DNA of 64,000 nucleotides from Convolutriloba macropyga (lineage: Eukaryota), in NCBI RefSeq assembly GCF_964194025.1, contig NC_134479.1, forward strand, positions 25,420,001-25,484,000. The letters run 5' to 3'. The first letter of the stretch is position 1, and each line of letters opens with the position of its first letter. The notes under the pieces were generated by a model. It saw only the letters and a list, made by a program, of their open reading frames with translations. It had not been told where the DNA came from and did no database searches. The translations under genes and the position numbers were made by a program. Positions 51,301 to 63,490 of this stretch are shown here, one piece after another.

Positions 51301-52227
51301 CAGACATGCAAGAGATTTGTTCTTTAGTATAAAAAGTTCCCATCTCCGATGCTGGAGATGCTTGCTCTGAAGAAACATTTTCTTCTTCGCAAAAGTTATT
51401 GTACTTACCTGAATTTGGTTGGGGTTTGCTTCTACACATTTTTGAGAAGTGTCCCACCTTATCACAGGTGTTGCATTTTTTACTTAGCGCTGGACAGGGT
51501 CTACTAGAGTGTGGCTGACCTCCACACCTAGTGCACATGTTGTTGCTTTTCTTAGCCGTGATTTTTTCATTTGGTTTTTGAAAGGTCTTTTTGAAGTTGA
51601 ACTCAACTTCTTCTTTCACATTAAAGGGCTTATTACCTGATGAAGAACTTGCAAAAGCCATTGCTTGACTTCTGAAATGTAAGCTCTCGGTCATGTCAGT
51701 AACCGCCATTGCTGGTTTTGCTTCAATACCGTCTAGTAGTCTAAGTATTGCTTCAGGGTCCCTCAAACCTGAGATAAACTTTTTTTTACCAACTCCTCTT
51801 TGGGCTTGGCCGCTGTTTTCAGCTTTTCGAAGTCATAATAGCGTGCTTCTTCTCTTAGACGTGCTATGAAGTTGTCGTCTGACTCCCCTACACCTTGTAT
51901 TATGGACAGAAATTTAGCCCTTTCTGCCGTTACTACTCTCTCTTTAGGAGAAATATAATTTTGAATCGCCAATCTGATGTCTTTATACGGAGTGTCTGTC
52001 AAATTCCTAGGACTCATTAGGCTCCTATGTTTAATAATTGCATCTTGCCCGCACATACTAAGGAAGAGATTGGTTACCTGTAGGTCCTGTACAGTACCAT
52101 CGTTGTTGACCTTGTCCTCTTTCTTCTCTGCGCGACATATCGCCACAAAAGACATAATCCATGCAGTAGCTGATTCTGCATTCTGTAGATCTAAAATTTG
52201 TATGTCTGTAGCTGGTCTGGACACCAT
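48197..52227 (-). pseudogene. Frameshifted gag-pol of the Gypsy element
   Basis: CPALSKKCNTCDKVGHFSKMC; LLGRD; KIDLSDAYYQI, FQDV (catalytic DD lost); TDHKPL; HETHPG..WWPG; SDNGPEF..ANGLAER. Confidence 0.9.
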
Positions 52228-52726
52228 TGTCGTGGTCGATAACACGGGTCAAAGAATTCAATAAGTTGAATTTTAAATTAAATTTTGAACTGAAAATATA
52301 CAAAAATTAGCTTGTATTTATAGTAGTTATCTATGCAAAAATATACAGAGAAAATTTAGATTAGCTAAAAATATGTTACGTGATTGGCATGTGAATAGAT
52401 CTTAACTCCGAATCCCGGAGGTGATTTTCTATTTTCATCAACATTTCATGAGAATCACATATGGCTTGGGTACAATCGAGTTCATTAGTTGGAGGTCGGT
52501 TGATGTTAAAATCAGGTTTCAGTTGGTGGGAGAATTTGCTTCTGACATATGATTGATAGGTCAATAAGATAATGATAGCGCCAAAACAAAATTAGAATTG
52601 AGTTTAGTTTTGTGGCCATTACTTATCGACACAGCAATAAAGTTCGTCAGGAGCTCTTCTTTCGTTCTTCGAAACTTTAATAAAGAAAACTTCTAAGTTT
52701 CTTGATGTTTCTTTGAAACCATCACA
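52228..52726 (-). repeat. 5' LTR (499 bp)
   Basis: Near-identical to 47871-48364 (about 15 substitutions and 2 indels by eye). Confidence 0.95.
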
Positions 52727-53097
52727 TAAGCTGACGTTTTTGAGTGCCGAACTGGAACTGATTTTGAAAGTGCCGAAACTGCAAAGGGGTAGTTAATTAT
52801 AAATAAATCACTTACCGAAATGATTCTCAGAGCGACAGTTTCAATCTGATAACTGGTTAAGTTGTAGTAGGGCCGAAGCCATTGACGCGGTCAGGAATTT
52901 TTGTCATTATCAACTTTTATTAGTGACGTACAACTATGTCGAAGTATAACTGCCGATTGAAAGAGAGTAAAAAATTTGCTCAGTTTTGCATCCGATAAAA
53001 TGCTGAACCGATCAGATCACTTTCTCCGAAATGAGAGTTAAAATTCTCATTGTTATTGGTTAGACTTTAAGGGGTCATTTCGATTAAGTGACCTGAT

Positions 53098-55295
53098 TAA
53101 TTGCTCTCAAACCAAGTCGGAAGTAACCGTTTTAAATGTGTATATTTTCATACAGAATTTTTGCGTGACCGTTTTTCGGCTTTTGATCTAGCACTCTCTG
53201 TAGCTTCTTGTGAGACTTCTTAAAATGAGAAAACGGTTTTTGATCGGATAATATTTCCCTCAATAGTGGTTTTTCTGTTCACATGCTGAAAATTGACTTT
53301 GTTTTTGTAATTGTTTTTAATTGCTCTAAAACGAAGTTTTTAGCAATTATATTAGTCCTGTCGGTCTTTTTTTATGCGATTTTTCGCTTGACCGATTTTT
53401 TGTCTGACGCTTTTGACTTTTCGTCCTCAAAAACGGGATAAACAGGTAGCGCCCAGCGGGCATTAAGTGCTCTTAGAGTTTTTCAGCTCTGTTTCAGCTC
53501 AAACTGTTGACCCCCACCCCCCGCCCCCCCCCCACCGCGCTGTTGTCCCCCACCCCCCCACCGCGCTGTTGCCCCCACCCCACCCGACTTTTGCCACCCC
53601 CACCCGACTCTTGCCACCCCCATCACCACCTCCCCCATGGATAGTTACTGACGAACAACCGCTCGCTAAAAACACAAATTTATACAAATTTTCACAATTT
53701 TTAAAGTTTTTTGAAAATTTTTGTCATTTTTGTGAAACTTTTGCCAAATTTTTGAGTTTTATTAACCCTAGATGTCAAGTAACCCACTCTGTGGTTTGAT
53801 AATAGGTTACTGCAGAGTTTCTAGTGGTAATATAATGGTTTCAACTTTGCGAATTTTTGCATTTTTTTGAAAAAACTTGCAAATTTTTTCAAGGTTTTTG
53901 AAAATTTTTGTCGGATGTCAGGTTTATCCAGCATCAAGAGCCAAGAAAACTCCTCTAGGGTTTTATGATAGGTTACTGTATAGTTTCTAGACGTACTGGA
54001 ATTTTCTCAAGATTTCAACATCAAGAATTTAACGTTTTTTTAAAAAATAGCATTTCAAATTTTAACATTTATTGTCTTTATTCAAGATATTTCAGCCTCT
54101 GGGTTCAGAAAACCTGCCTAAGGGTTTGAAAATATGTGGCTGCATAGTTTTTAGTTGTAATGGAATGGTTTTCAACTTTTTAATATCACAAATTTTATCG
54201 ATTTGTTTCAATAAAACTTGCAATTTTTTGACAATTTTTGTCATTTTGTAGGTTTATCTAGCCTCAAGAGCCAAGGAACCTCCTCTAAAGTTTGATAACA
54301 AGTTTTTGTATAGTTTATAGATGCAATGGAGTGTTTTAAAAGATTTTAACATATAACGAGGTTTAGCATTTTTTTGAAAAATTTTTGGCAATCTTCATAT
54401 TTTTGAAATTGCTTCATTTTTTAAGGTTTTTCCAGCCAAGAAGCCTCCTTCGATGTTTGATACTAAGCTGCTGTTTAGTTTCTAGAGTTAATGGAATTAT
54501 CATTATTTTGATGACTCGAGTTTTATAATTTTTTGATAAATTTTAATTTGAAAAATTTTTGAAAAATTATTATCATGTTCCAAGTGTATGGATCTTTATG
54601 AGCCAGTGAAACTGTTTAAGGCTTGAAATAGGCATATTAGATGGTCTCTTGAGACAATGGAATGGTGTTATGAAGATATTAATACCGCAAATTTTTTCAT
54701 GATTTTGTTAAAATTTGCAATTGTTTTTAAAATTTTTGAATATTTTTATCCTTTTCTGAGTTTAACGATCATTACCGGCCATCAAAGCTTTTTAGGTCTT
54801 GCAGATGGGTTACATGACAAAAATCCAGAGACAAAAATTGTTTTCGAAGATTTTTTACTGCGAAATGTGGAAACTTTTCTTTGGAATTTTGCACTTTCAG
54901 TTTTCTACATGATTTAGTTACTAACAAGTTTAGAAAACTTGAAGTTGTAGAGTCGAATCTCATCATGGAAAAAATTCCTAGCTGTCTCTCGCTATCTCTC
55001 TGTGTTGGCTGGCGTTTCTTTCCTTCTCCTTCTCGCTCACGTTTAATCTCAGCAAAGCAATCTAAAACTACCGCAGTCATAAAAAACGAAATCAACAATA
55101 GAAACGTCAATTAGTATGTTATCGGGTCTGCTGTTTTGATATTCATTCTAATCTCTGTATCCTCACATTAAGAAACAAGAGTTTGTATAACTTCGAAATT
55201 CAATCAAAATAGTTCGCATTTTTCGCAACAATCAGTTCTCCAATCCCAACCCAATGGAAATCAACGGCGGGTTTTTTCCGACATTTGTATTTTTT
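53098..55295 (+). mobile_element. Composite HINE-like region: family-B 5' ends (53098, 53318), C-rich tract, degenerate internal tandem modules, hybrid 3' end
   Basis: TAATTGCTCT..GAAGT starts; repeated GGTTACTG..TAGTTTCTAG modules at 53700-54850 also seen at 14150-14830 and 41400-42130; end GGAAATCAACGGCGGGTTTTTTCCGACATTTGT. Confidence 0.5.
53510..53637. repeat. C-rich low-complexity tract (G-quadruplex-capable on the - strand)
   Basis: Many C4-C9 runs; duplicated CCACCGCGCTGTTG and CCCCACCCGACT.TTGCC units. Confidence 0.8.
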
Positions 55296-57634
55296 GTTTT
55301 TGATCACAAATGACTTCACTCTTTTTGATATCACTTCGGGAAACTTTAAACCCTTTCAAAGTTTAGCAAAAGACAACTGTTTTCACGGAAGTAAGGTCTC
55401 AGGGTAAAATGAATGAAAGAATTGTTCTCTTATCAAGAAAATTTGTTTTAGAACTGAAAAAAAACGTCGACTTTAATTAGTGTTTTTTTTTGAAGCAGTT
55501 GATGGTGTTTTTGGGTTGCATCGGCCACTCTCTCAGTTCATTTCATGTTGGCTTGGGTATTGTCAATGCCTATTTTGAAATGAGTAAAATTCGCCTTTAA
55601 ATGTAGAAATTTTTCGCCTTTTCTGGCGTCAGTTTTTCAGCCTTTTAAAGTACATGTAAAACAGTAGAAGAAAACTTGGATAGCGAAATATTGTCTGAAG
55701 TGTAGCAATACTTTTTGTCCCGGAAATTTATGACTCTCAGTAATTGGTGCTTTTAAATATTTATAATGGTAGATTTAGAAATTTTAATGGATGCTCGTCC
55801 CACCCCAACTCTTGTTAGGGCATAAAGCAGTGTTTTTGTTCGTATTTTTATCGTTTTTTTTCAGAGCTCAAAAATCTTTTTATAGTGTCATTTTTCACGT
55901 TTAGTGTTGTTTTAAAAGATTTTGTCATTATTTTTTCGTCATTAATGACTTGTGTAAGCACTAAGAATTAGTATTTTCTCAAGGCACTTTTGTCCCATCC
56001 ACGTTTTTGCCTTATTGAACAGTGAGGCTAGCTTCACTTCGCTGAACACTAGTTGAACAAAAGATGGTTTTCTGAGAGCAATTAGTACAAATATGTCGTT
56101 TGTCACTTTTGCAAATATCATTTGTATTTGGGCAGACTTTTGAAAAAAAACTGATAGCATCCCAAAAAAGTTCGCAGTTCTATGTTTTAATTTTTGAAAA
56201 GACAAGCCTCTGCTCAGGATTCTATGTCCAGTTTTTGCGAAGCAATTTTCGGATTTCGCGCGCCTTCCGATTCAAAATTTTCAGAATGTTAAATTTAAGG
56301 AAATATTAAATCCGGGGGCGATATCTTAGTTCAACATTATTATCCTCACTGACCGGCTCCTCATCTGAGTAACGGTTTTTAATCAGTAACGATGCTAATA
56401 AAAGTAAATTGGGAAAGCGTTTCTCTGTGCAAGTTGACACATTCAGTCCCCAACAAAATGAAATACACTAAGCTCTAAAAACAATTGAGCATAGAGAGTT
56501 CTTTGGGAAATTTCGGAAGAAAGTGGCAAAAATTTGACTCAGAAGTCGGTCGAAACTTGTGCGAAAACTATACAAACCGTCTCTAGATGTTTTAAAAGCT
56601 AAAAGCGAAACAAATTGCTGGGCGACTAATTTCAAAATGATTATTATTTGATGATAGTGACGCTTTTTAAAAATTCTTTAGGAGCACGTAGATTTTTGGT
56701 ACCATAGTGTATTTGGATGTCATCTTGAATGTATTTCTTAGAGAACGGCAAAACTCGAGTATAATCAGAGATCTGTACTGTTTTTTAGAAAACCGATTAA
56801 CGTTTATGTATATCATGCTATAGCGACGACAGATCATACAACAATGCAATACAGACATCAATCTGAAAGGTAGAAGTCAAACTTCCGGTTGTAGGCTTGA
56901 ATTTAATTTTTGACTTCTTTGATTAAGATTTACGTCAACTGTACTACGTCTTAACAGAGAACTTGCTTCGAATCAACCTAGTTACTATTGAGCATTACAA
57001 GATCAAATTTTATTGTTAATTCGTTACAATTGCATATTTTTAATCGTCAAGACACCTAATTATCAGGACTGCGCGTGGATTTGAAGTTCTTTCCTTTTAT
57101 GGCCCTCTTTAACTTAATAGTGGGCTATAAAAGGAGGGAACTCACTACAATTTTTATTAAATTTTTGCATATCTTTAAGCTGTGAGATCAAATTTTGTTT
57201 TTTTTCTATTTTACCCCCGCCAACCCCTAGAAAATTTTGGTTTTGTATTGGGGTCTTTCCCATTTTGGTGTATTTACCATGAATTGGGGGCGGGGGTATA
57301 GGTTATCTGACCACTAAGCTGGGGAGACCACTTGACTATTAAATTCAGCTGCTAGTGCGACTGTTTATTTATGGTCTGTTAATGCTCGATCAGATTATTG
57401 GATCCATATTATTCGGAAACACCTCCCCCCATGCTGTTAACGCTTCTTAAATGCATCTGTAAAAATTAGTTTGGGATTTAGTCTGGGGAAAGTGTACTTG
57501 TGAAGCTTTAAATTTTGCCATTCTTAGAAGATGTTCGACTAACTTGAAAATATGTTGAGTGCATCTGCGCGCAGTTATAAGTACACAAAGGTCATCAAAT
57601 ACAACCATACTGCTAATATTGCGTCGAAGTTGAC

Positions 57635-57739
57635 ATGTCGAGACGAAATTGTTCAACTGGAAAGCACGAGACAGCTTTGGCCTCTCTCAGTCCACCCCCT
57701 CTTCGTCCACCGGTGCATTCAAGAGCACATAATAATCAG
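57635..57739 (+). CDS. Putative exon 1 of an unannotated gene (MSRRNCSTGKHETALASLSPPPLRPPVHSRAHNNQ)
   Basis: ATG with an upstream in-frame stop, GC-richer than its flanks, donor CAG|gtatgt (phase 0). Confidence 0.5.
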
Positions 57740-58893
57740 GTATGTATCGTTGGTAAAGCCTTCACACCTTAAATTTTCTGGGCAGAAGACAAAGAGATCA
57801 GATCTATCTCATTGGAGCCCTCTCCCCCTCCCCCTTCTTAATTTAAGCGGGCTAGAGCGTATGCACCCCAGCCCCCGATTAATGTAAATATTAAATATAC
57901 TATAATTGGGGACTTTAATGCTGGCAATGATAGGAGAGACCCATCAAGAGGAGTTCGTCGGGGGGGGGGGGGGGGGAGTTTCTGTATATAAAGCAGTGAA
58001 CGCCGGAGCTGTTGTGAATAAAAGTTTCCAATATTTTGCAACAATTTTAAGGAATATATTCGAGGTTGCTCCCTTTTTGAATGCCAGTTAAGGTTCTTGG
58101 ATACGGTTTGCTATACAAATCAAATCGGTATTGCATTGTCCAGTTATTTTAAGACACCCCGGCATTAATTTGAGATACGCAGACAGGCATTGTACAAGGA
58201 CAAAGCAAATATAATTCCTGTGCTTTGGAAAACTTTTTGACAATTAGCAAAAATTATTCGAGGTTGCTTTTATAAACTGTCGTATAAGGTTCTTGGATAC
58301 AGATGTTATGAAAGTCGGTTTGGTGCATGTCAGCTTATTTCGAGAGAACCTGGCTTGAACTTGTGATAAGTGGATGTGCATTGTAGAAGATCGCAGTACA
58401 AAGCTATGGTTAGATGTAATGGATTCTTTTTTTTTCATTATGGCTTTTGTCAAAGGAGGCTCAAATTGCGGTTGTAAGAATATAAAAGATGTAGGATCAA
58501 TTAGAGACCGGATTTTAAAATTTAACATCGGATGGAGGAGACATATTTTCGTTCACATTTGTCGACCGTGCTAAATTAGATGTCCATATAATTAACCAGT
58601 TCTCGTTGGATAAAAGGACTTCCTGACATTCTATCGCTCATGCGATAACTTCATTTTCATTGCTATGAAAGTCGTTTGATTTTACAGCTTTTCGAGATGG
58701 CCAATATTGAGCTTCTGATATAAGATCTGTTCAGACTATCTCTATTCGACTGTCTCAAAACGCAGTCAGTTTAATCTTTCAAGCGTGGGTTCAAAAGGGC
58801 GAGGGTTTCACACTTTCTAGGGGCATATTTCTAAGTCTCTGTTCGACTGTTCAGTGTAACCAAAGTGCCAAATGTAAAAAAATAAGTTTGTAG

Positions 58894-59036
58894 ACGGAGG
58901 ACCGCAATGCATACAAGAAGACCATGAGGCCACAACTACCACCCAGGAACAGCACTAACACTCCAGAGAAAGGGGACAGACCAGATCTGACGTACCGCAG
59001 GTCAAATTCGAAGAACGATCGAGGAGGCATCAAAAG
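58894..59036 (+). CDS. Putative exon 2 (TEDRNAYKKTMRPQLPPRNSTNTPEKGDRPDLTYRRSNSKNDRGGIK)
   Basis: tttgtag acceptor; only the phase-0 frame is open; donor AG|gtacat (phase 2). Confidence 0.5.
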
Positions 59037-59276
59037 GTACATTGTCTTTGTTCTGCGTGTTTTTAATAGAATACTTGAGTCATGTTTTGGAAACCTCTGA
59101 GACTCTTGAGATCTTCTCTAGCAGCTTTATATTTGAATCTGGCCTGAGACCTTTGCTGTTTTTTTCTGAATCCGGACTTTTTGTCGCTGAGTATGTACAG
59201 TTATCCCAAGTCCATGATGTCATTTTTCCATGGCTGTAAAAACGACTTCAATCACTTGATTTCTCATTGTTTTAAG

Positions 59277-59404
59277 GGGTGTGAGCTTGGATGGCCAAGA
59301 GACGGGTGACTCGAAAGCTGACAGGACTTTTGATGTGTCGTCACATCAACTGATGGGATCTTCTGCTAACAAAACCTACGACATATTACCAGAGCTACAG
59401 CGAG
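59277..59404 (+). CDS. Putative exon 3 (RGVSLDGQETGDSKADRTFDVSSHQLMGSSANKTYDILPELQR)
   Basis: ttttaag acceptor, open in phase 2; possible donor G|gttatt, or read-through to a nearby TGA. Confidence 0.45.
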
Positions 59405-59899
59405 GTTATTTCAACAGTGACCCAAATTTTACCATGTGTTGAAGTTTATCACAAATGATTCGAGCGGATGAACATTTGCGAAAGCCTCTCTATTATTGAC
59501 TTTTTTGGACGCTTTTGTACAGGTTTCTTATTGTTATGTATTTGACGCTCCTGCAAAATTTTACCAAGAGGTCTTATCTGAAGTATTAGCAAATGGTGTT
59601 GGTTTCAGTAGTAGGGTTTGCCCGGTCAATTTGTTCCTATAAATTTTGCACTTTATACAGACGAAAATGGCGACATGGTAATCTGCTCTATTTATTGAAA
59701 GAGCGGTTTGCATAGTTAAGAGAAAGTGAATATTAGACCGATTTACGTTATTTTTGTTCACTTTTTCCCGAATTTTTGCCTAAAATTTCGCCATCTTGCT
59801 AAAATAGGTAACAATTGTTAACAATAGTACTGTTGATGTTATTTTTAAAGACAAAAAAAGTATTGTTGACTCTTTTGATTAAATTTTTTTGGCTAAAAT

Positions 59900-62300
59900 T
59901 TTGGCTGACTGTTTAGAAATTCAGCCTTTCTCATCAAAAATTGCCCGAAATAAGCTTTAGTCCACTTTGATTAAACTTGCTTGAGTTACACACCCAAAAC
60001 AACAACTACAATCTTTGTAAACTGGTCCTACTTCCATGTCCATTGAGAGTGGTCTGGAATTAAAATTTTGTCGTTTTTTGCTAACTTTATGATTATTGAA
60101 AACGCAGCATTTATTTTTGATCTTTTTACTAGCACATTATCTAGATCTATAAAATTCGAAACAATTGAGTGTTATTACTGGATGAACAACAATAGCAACG
60201 CTGATGTTGGTCAAATCTTGGACAGTTACAATCCAAAAATAATTCCCATTGTAATCAGTCGGTCTTTTTTTTTTAAAATATCTTTGTTTAATTAAAGAAC
60301 AGAACAATTCAAATCAAAACTCACTGTTGATGCTTCCAAATGGCTTCCTAAGAAGTTGCAAATTAATGTATCTGGTTTCTTTGCTAAAAAAATTATGGTC
60401 GTTTTGACTTTTAGAAATGTTTGATTTTTGAATAAACAATGGCTTATGGATTTTTGCCATTATTTTTCAACTTGTAGCCTAGTGTCAGCAAAGAAAGAAT
60501 GCTTCTTGTTTCTACTGAATTCAAATTTAATCTTTTTTGCTTTAACGTATTAAGTTAGGGTTTTCTGGCTTTGATACTACTAGGTTTCACATTTTTTCAA
60601 TTTTTAGGCATTGGCCCATTTTGCACGTTTTTTGTTTTGTCACATTATCACATTGATCACTGTTCAAATATTACATTATTGGCGTTCAGAATAAGGCAAA
60701 ATTGAACATATAAAAGTCTTTATAGGCATAGATTACGGCTTCTTAATAGTTTTAACGGCTTCGACACCCCCTTTCTCGAAGAATTTATTTTTTTTCATTT
60801 GTCTTAAACTTTTGTTTTTACTTTGTCTTTTTAGTCATGAAATTTTCTTGATAAAGAAAGATCTCATTGGCTCTTTATGGAGGAATAATTGAATCTATAT
60901 TATTGTTTGAGTGGATAGCTGATGGCTTTCATGACTTTAAAAACAATTGTTTAAAAAAAACCCTTAGCTTTGCAGTTTTGTTCTTTTTTACCTAGTCGCG
61001 TTAAGAGTTTGTTAACTGGTCACATATGACGTGATTTTTGTGCAGTGATGATGCATGTGTACAAAATCTAACGATTGTTTTTAACGAATTCGTAGTGAAT
61101 TTACTGGCCTGGACACGGGTTTTCCGCAAAAAAGTAAACTAATTTTTGATTTTTGTCTTTATTTGGGGTTCTTTTTGTAGAGGTCAGAAATATTCTAAGT
61201 ATTTACAGGTCTCAATCACTTCTTTCGGTCGAATAATCGAACCTATTTCTTTATTTCATTTTATGGCTCATGGCTTTCAAAAACGAATGGTTTTCGAAAA
61301 ATACAAAAGTATTACATAATTTTGCTCTTTTTCTTTTTTATTCTCTTGCTACCTATTCTCATCAAGGAGAGGTCGCAAACCATATTAATGGCGTTCGAGG
61401 AAGGCTTAATCGAACTTATTTTGAGCGGCAAAATATGGCTTCACGGCTTCGAGAGCGTTTTCTCGTGCGTTTTCTCGCAGAGTTTAATTTTTGTTTGTTT
61501 CTATTTGTTGTTATTTTCTGTAACCGCATAAAAATTGAATAAACGCAGGTCTTTATGTCATCATATAGAGGCGTTTGTGGTCAAAAACGTAATGGATGTT
61601 TTCAATTGCTATCTATTGTTGTTCATTACTTTGAAATTAATGTTTTTTAAGTTTAAGCCAATTTTTTAACTTCGACGTTTTTTGTTCTTTTTTGTTTAAT
61701 TGTTAACGAGCCTTCTTATGGAGTAGTTCCATATCTTTTCTAGTAAAGCACAAGTTATTTTTGTTTAATTTCAGTTTTTACTCACGCTATTTTGACCATG
61801 TTAATAAGTTTTTTAAAAATGGACAATGTTTTTGATGTAATTAATGTTTGTTGTAATTTTTGTTTGATTTGGTTGTTCGTCTTGACTTGCTTTGTTAATA
61901 ATGGCTGATTTAGTCAATGTAATTGGGCATTTTTTTTACTCCACTGAATTATTTGCGTTGGAAGCGATCGTTTTGTTCGTTCACATTTTTTTTGAAAAAT
62001 ACTTGAATTTTTTTTTGGGTTTTCTATCTGTTTCTCATTTGGTCGACATTTATGCCAAAATTGTGGATGAGCTGTGTCGGAACACGGATTACCGAGCCTC
62101 CGTGTTCGAGGATTCTTTTGGGCATAGTTTGTTCTAGAACTTAATTTGTTGGAGTCTTTGTGCCCTTTTTGAAATTCTTCACAAGTTAATTTATGAAGTG
62201 ATTTTTAACTCAATCGTTTTTGCTCCCCGAAGCAGGATAAATATTTTTTGTTCGTCTTGTGTGCTATTGAGGACAAGGTGTTATTATCGAAGATCAGCCA
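59900..62300 (-). mobile_element. Heavily decayed LINE remnant (APE endonuclease, possibly ORF1)
   Basis: Minus-strand fragments in APE order: FADTRL (~60490), LITMG (~60250), DLDNVLV (~60140), IPDHS (~60052); boundaries approximate. Confidence 0.35.
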
Positions 62301-62544
62301 AACCTTTACCTGAGTCAGGTAGTCTGTTTTATATACCAAATTGCCGTTCTCCTCTCTCTTTTGGAATAATAATTTAATTTATATTAAAAACAATACTTTG
62401 TTAACCGTAGCAGTCGTTATAAGAGAGTTAAACAATTGTTACAAAACTGTCCGGAGTGTGGGTAATTAGTTAAGTGAATAAGTGTAATTAAAGTTTGTAT
62501 AATATTGCATAATGTGTGTTATCGTGAAAAGTTGTATGATGTTT

Positions 62545-63490
62545 AATAGCCTCCGTCAGCCTCTCAAACGGCTATTATTTAGGCGCTCGCGTTTTTACAA
62601 TTCAAAGAATTTGAATGGTATTGAGGCGCTGTATTTTTTTAAGATCTTTTCACACATTTTCATGATTTTTTAAGTCAATTTTGAGTTGTGATTTTGGTCA
62701 CGCCGAAACAGGAAGTGGAGCGAAAAAGCGAGTGGTTTTGCGGCGTGAAATTTTGTCGCTCTGAATTTAAAGTAGAGTGAGAAAACGGTGTTTGAACAAA
62801 AATTTGTTTTCTCGCCAGTGGTTTTTTGTTCACATGCGGCAATTTATTTCGATTTTCACTGGTTTTATTGTTTTTAGATCGGATTTTTTTTCCAAATGGT
62901 TTTGCCAATCCATTCAGAGTTCATTCTAGGCCTAGTTTTTTGTTTGAACCAAATTTCCTTTTCTCTCTAGTTTTTTGTTCACATGCGGTATTTGACATTG
63001 ATTTTCTGTTTTTTAAATTTTTTCTGATTTTTTTAGAAATGGTTTTTCCAATTCACTCAGAGTCCGTTATAGGTCTAGTTTTTTGTTTAGTTAATGAAAA
63101 TTCTTTGATTTGTGCGTCAGGACTTGTCATGCTATGTTTTTTTTTCGTTCGCTTTACTTTTTGATCTCGTTTTACATAAGTCACGATTTTCACGTCTGAC
63201 TTCTGACTTACTTCGCTCACTTTTTCAACTGAATGGATTTTGAATCTTTTATGCATTGAATTACACAATATAATGAATTCGGTCAAAGTCAAAAGAGCAA
63301 ATCTAAATGAAACCGGATAAACCGATAAAGCCTGGTCATTAAATCATTGAGAATTAGGTTATCAAAGTTCATTAGAGTGTATGCTAGCTGATATCGGTAT
63401 TAAGTTTATTAGCCTTTCAGTTTGGAAGCTGAATTATGTATAGTTTTAGAATCTAACTGAAACTGCACGCCAAATAAGAACACTTTTTGA
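62545..63490 (+). mobile_element. HINE-like element, family A 5' end and internal modules; 3' hairpin not seen
   Basis: TAATAGCCTCCG..CGGCTATTA start; 62596-63140 colinear with 7172-7575; 63150-63490 similar to 22975-23320. Confidence 0.65.

Larger units (their letters stand above)
47871..52726 (-). mobile_element. Full-length degenerate Ty3/Gypsy (Mag-like) LTR retrotransposon, 4856 bp
   Basis: TG..CA LTRs; TSD TAAGC on both sides; PBS TGGTGTCCAGACC next to the 5' LTR; PPT AAAAGGAGGGAGGA; order gag (two CCHC knuckles)-PR-RT-RNaseH-IN. Confidence 0.95.

Noticed and set aside
53467-53799. Proline-rich ORF and its glycine-rich antisense ORF
   Set aside because: Translation of a C-rich low-complexity tract inside a repeat
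58020-58355. Diverged ~130-bp direct duplication (ATTCGAGGTTGCT..TAAGGTTCTTGGATAC)
   Set aside because: Real, but only two degenerate intronic copies with no further structure
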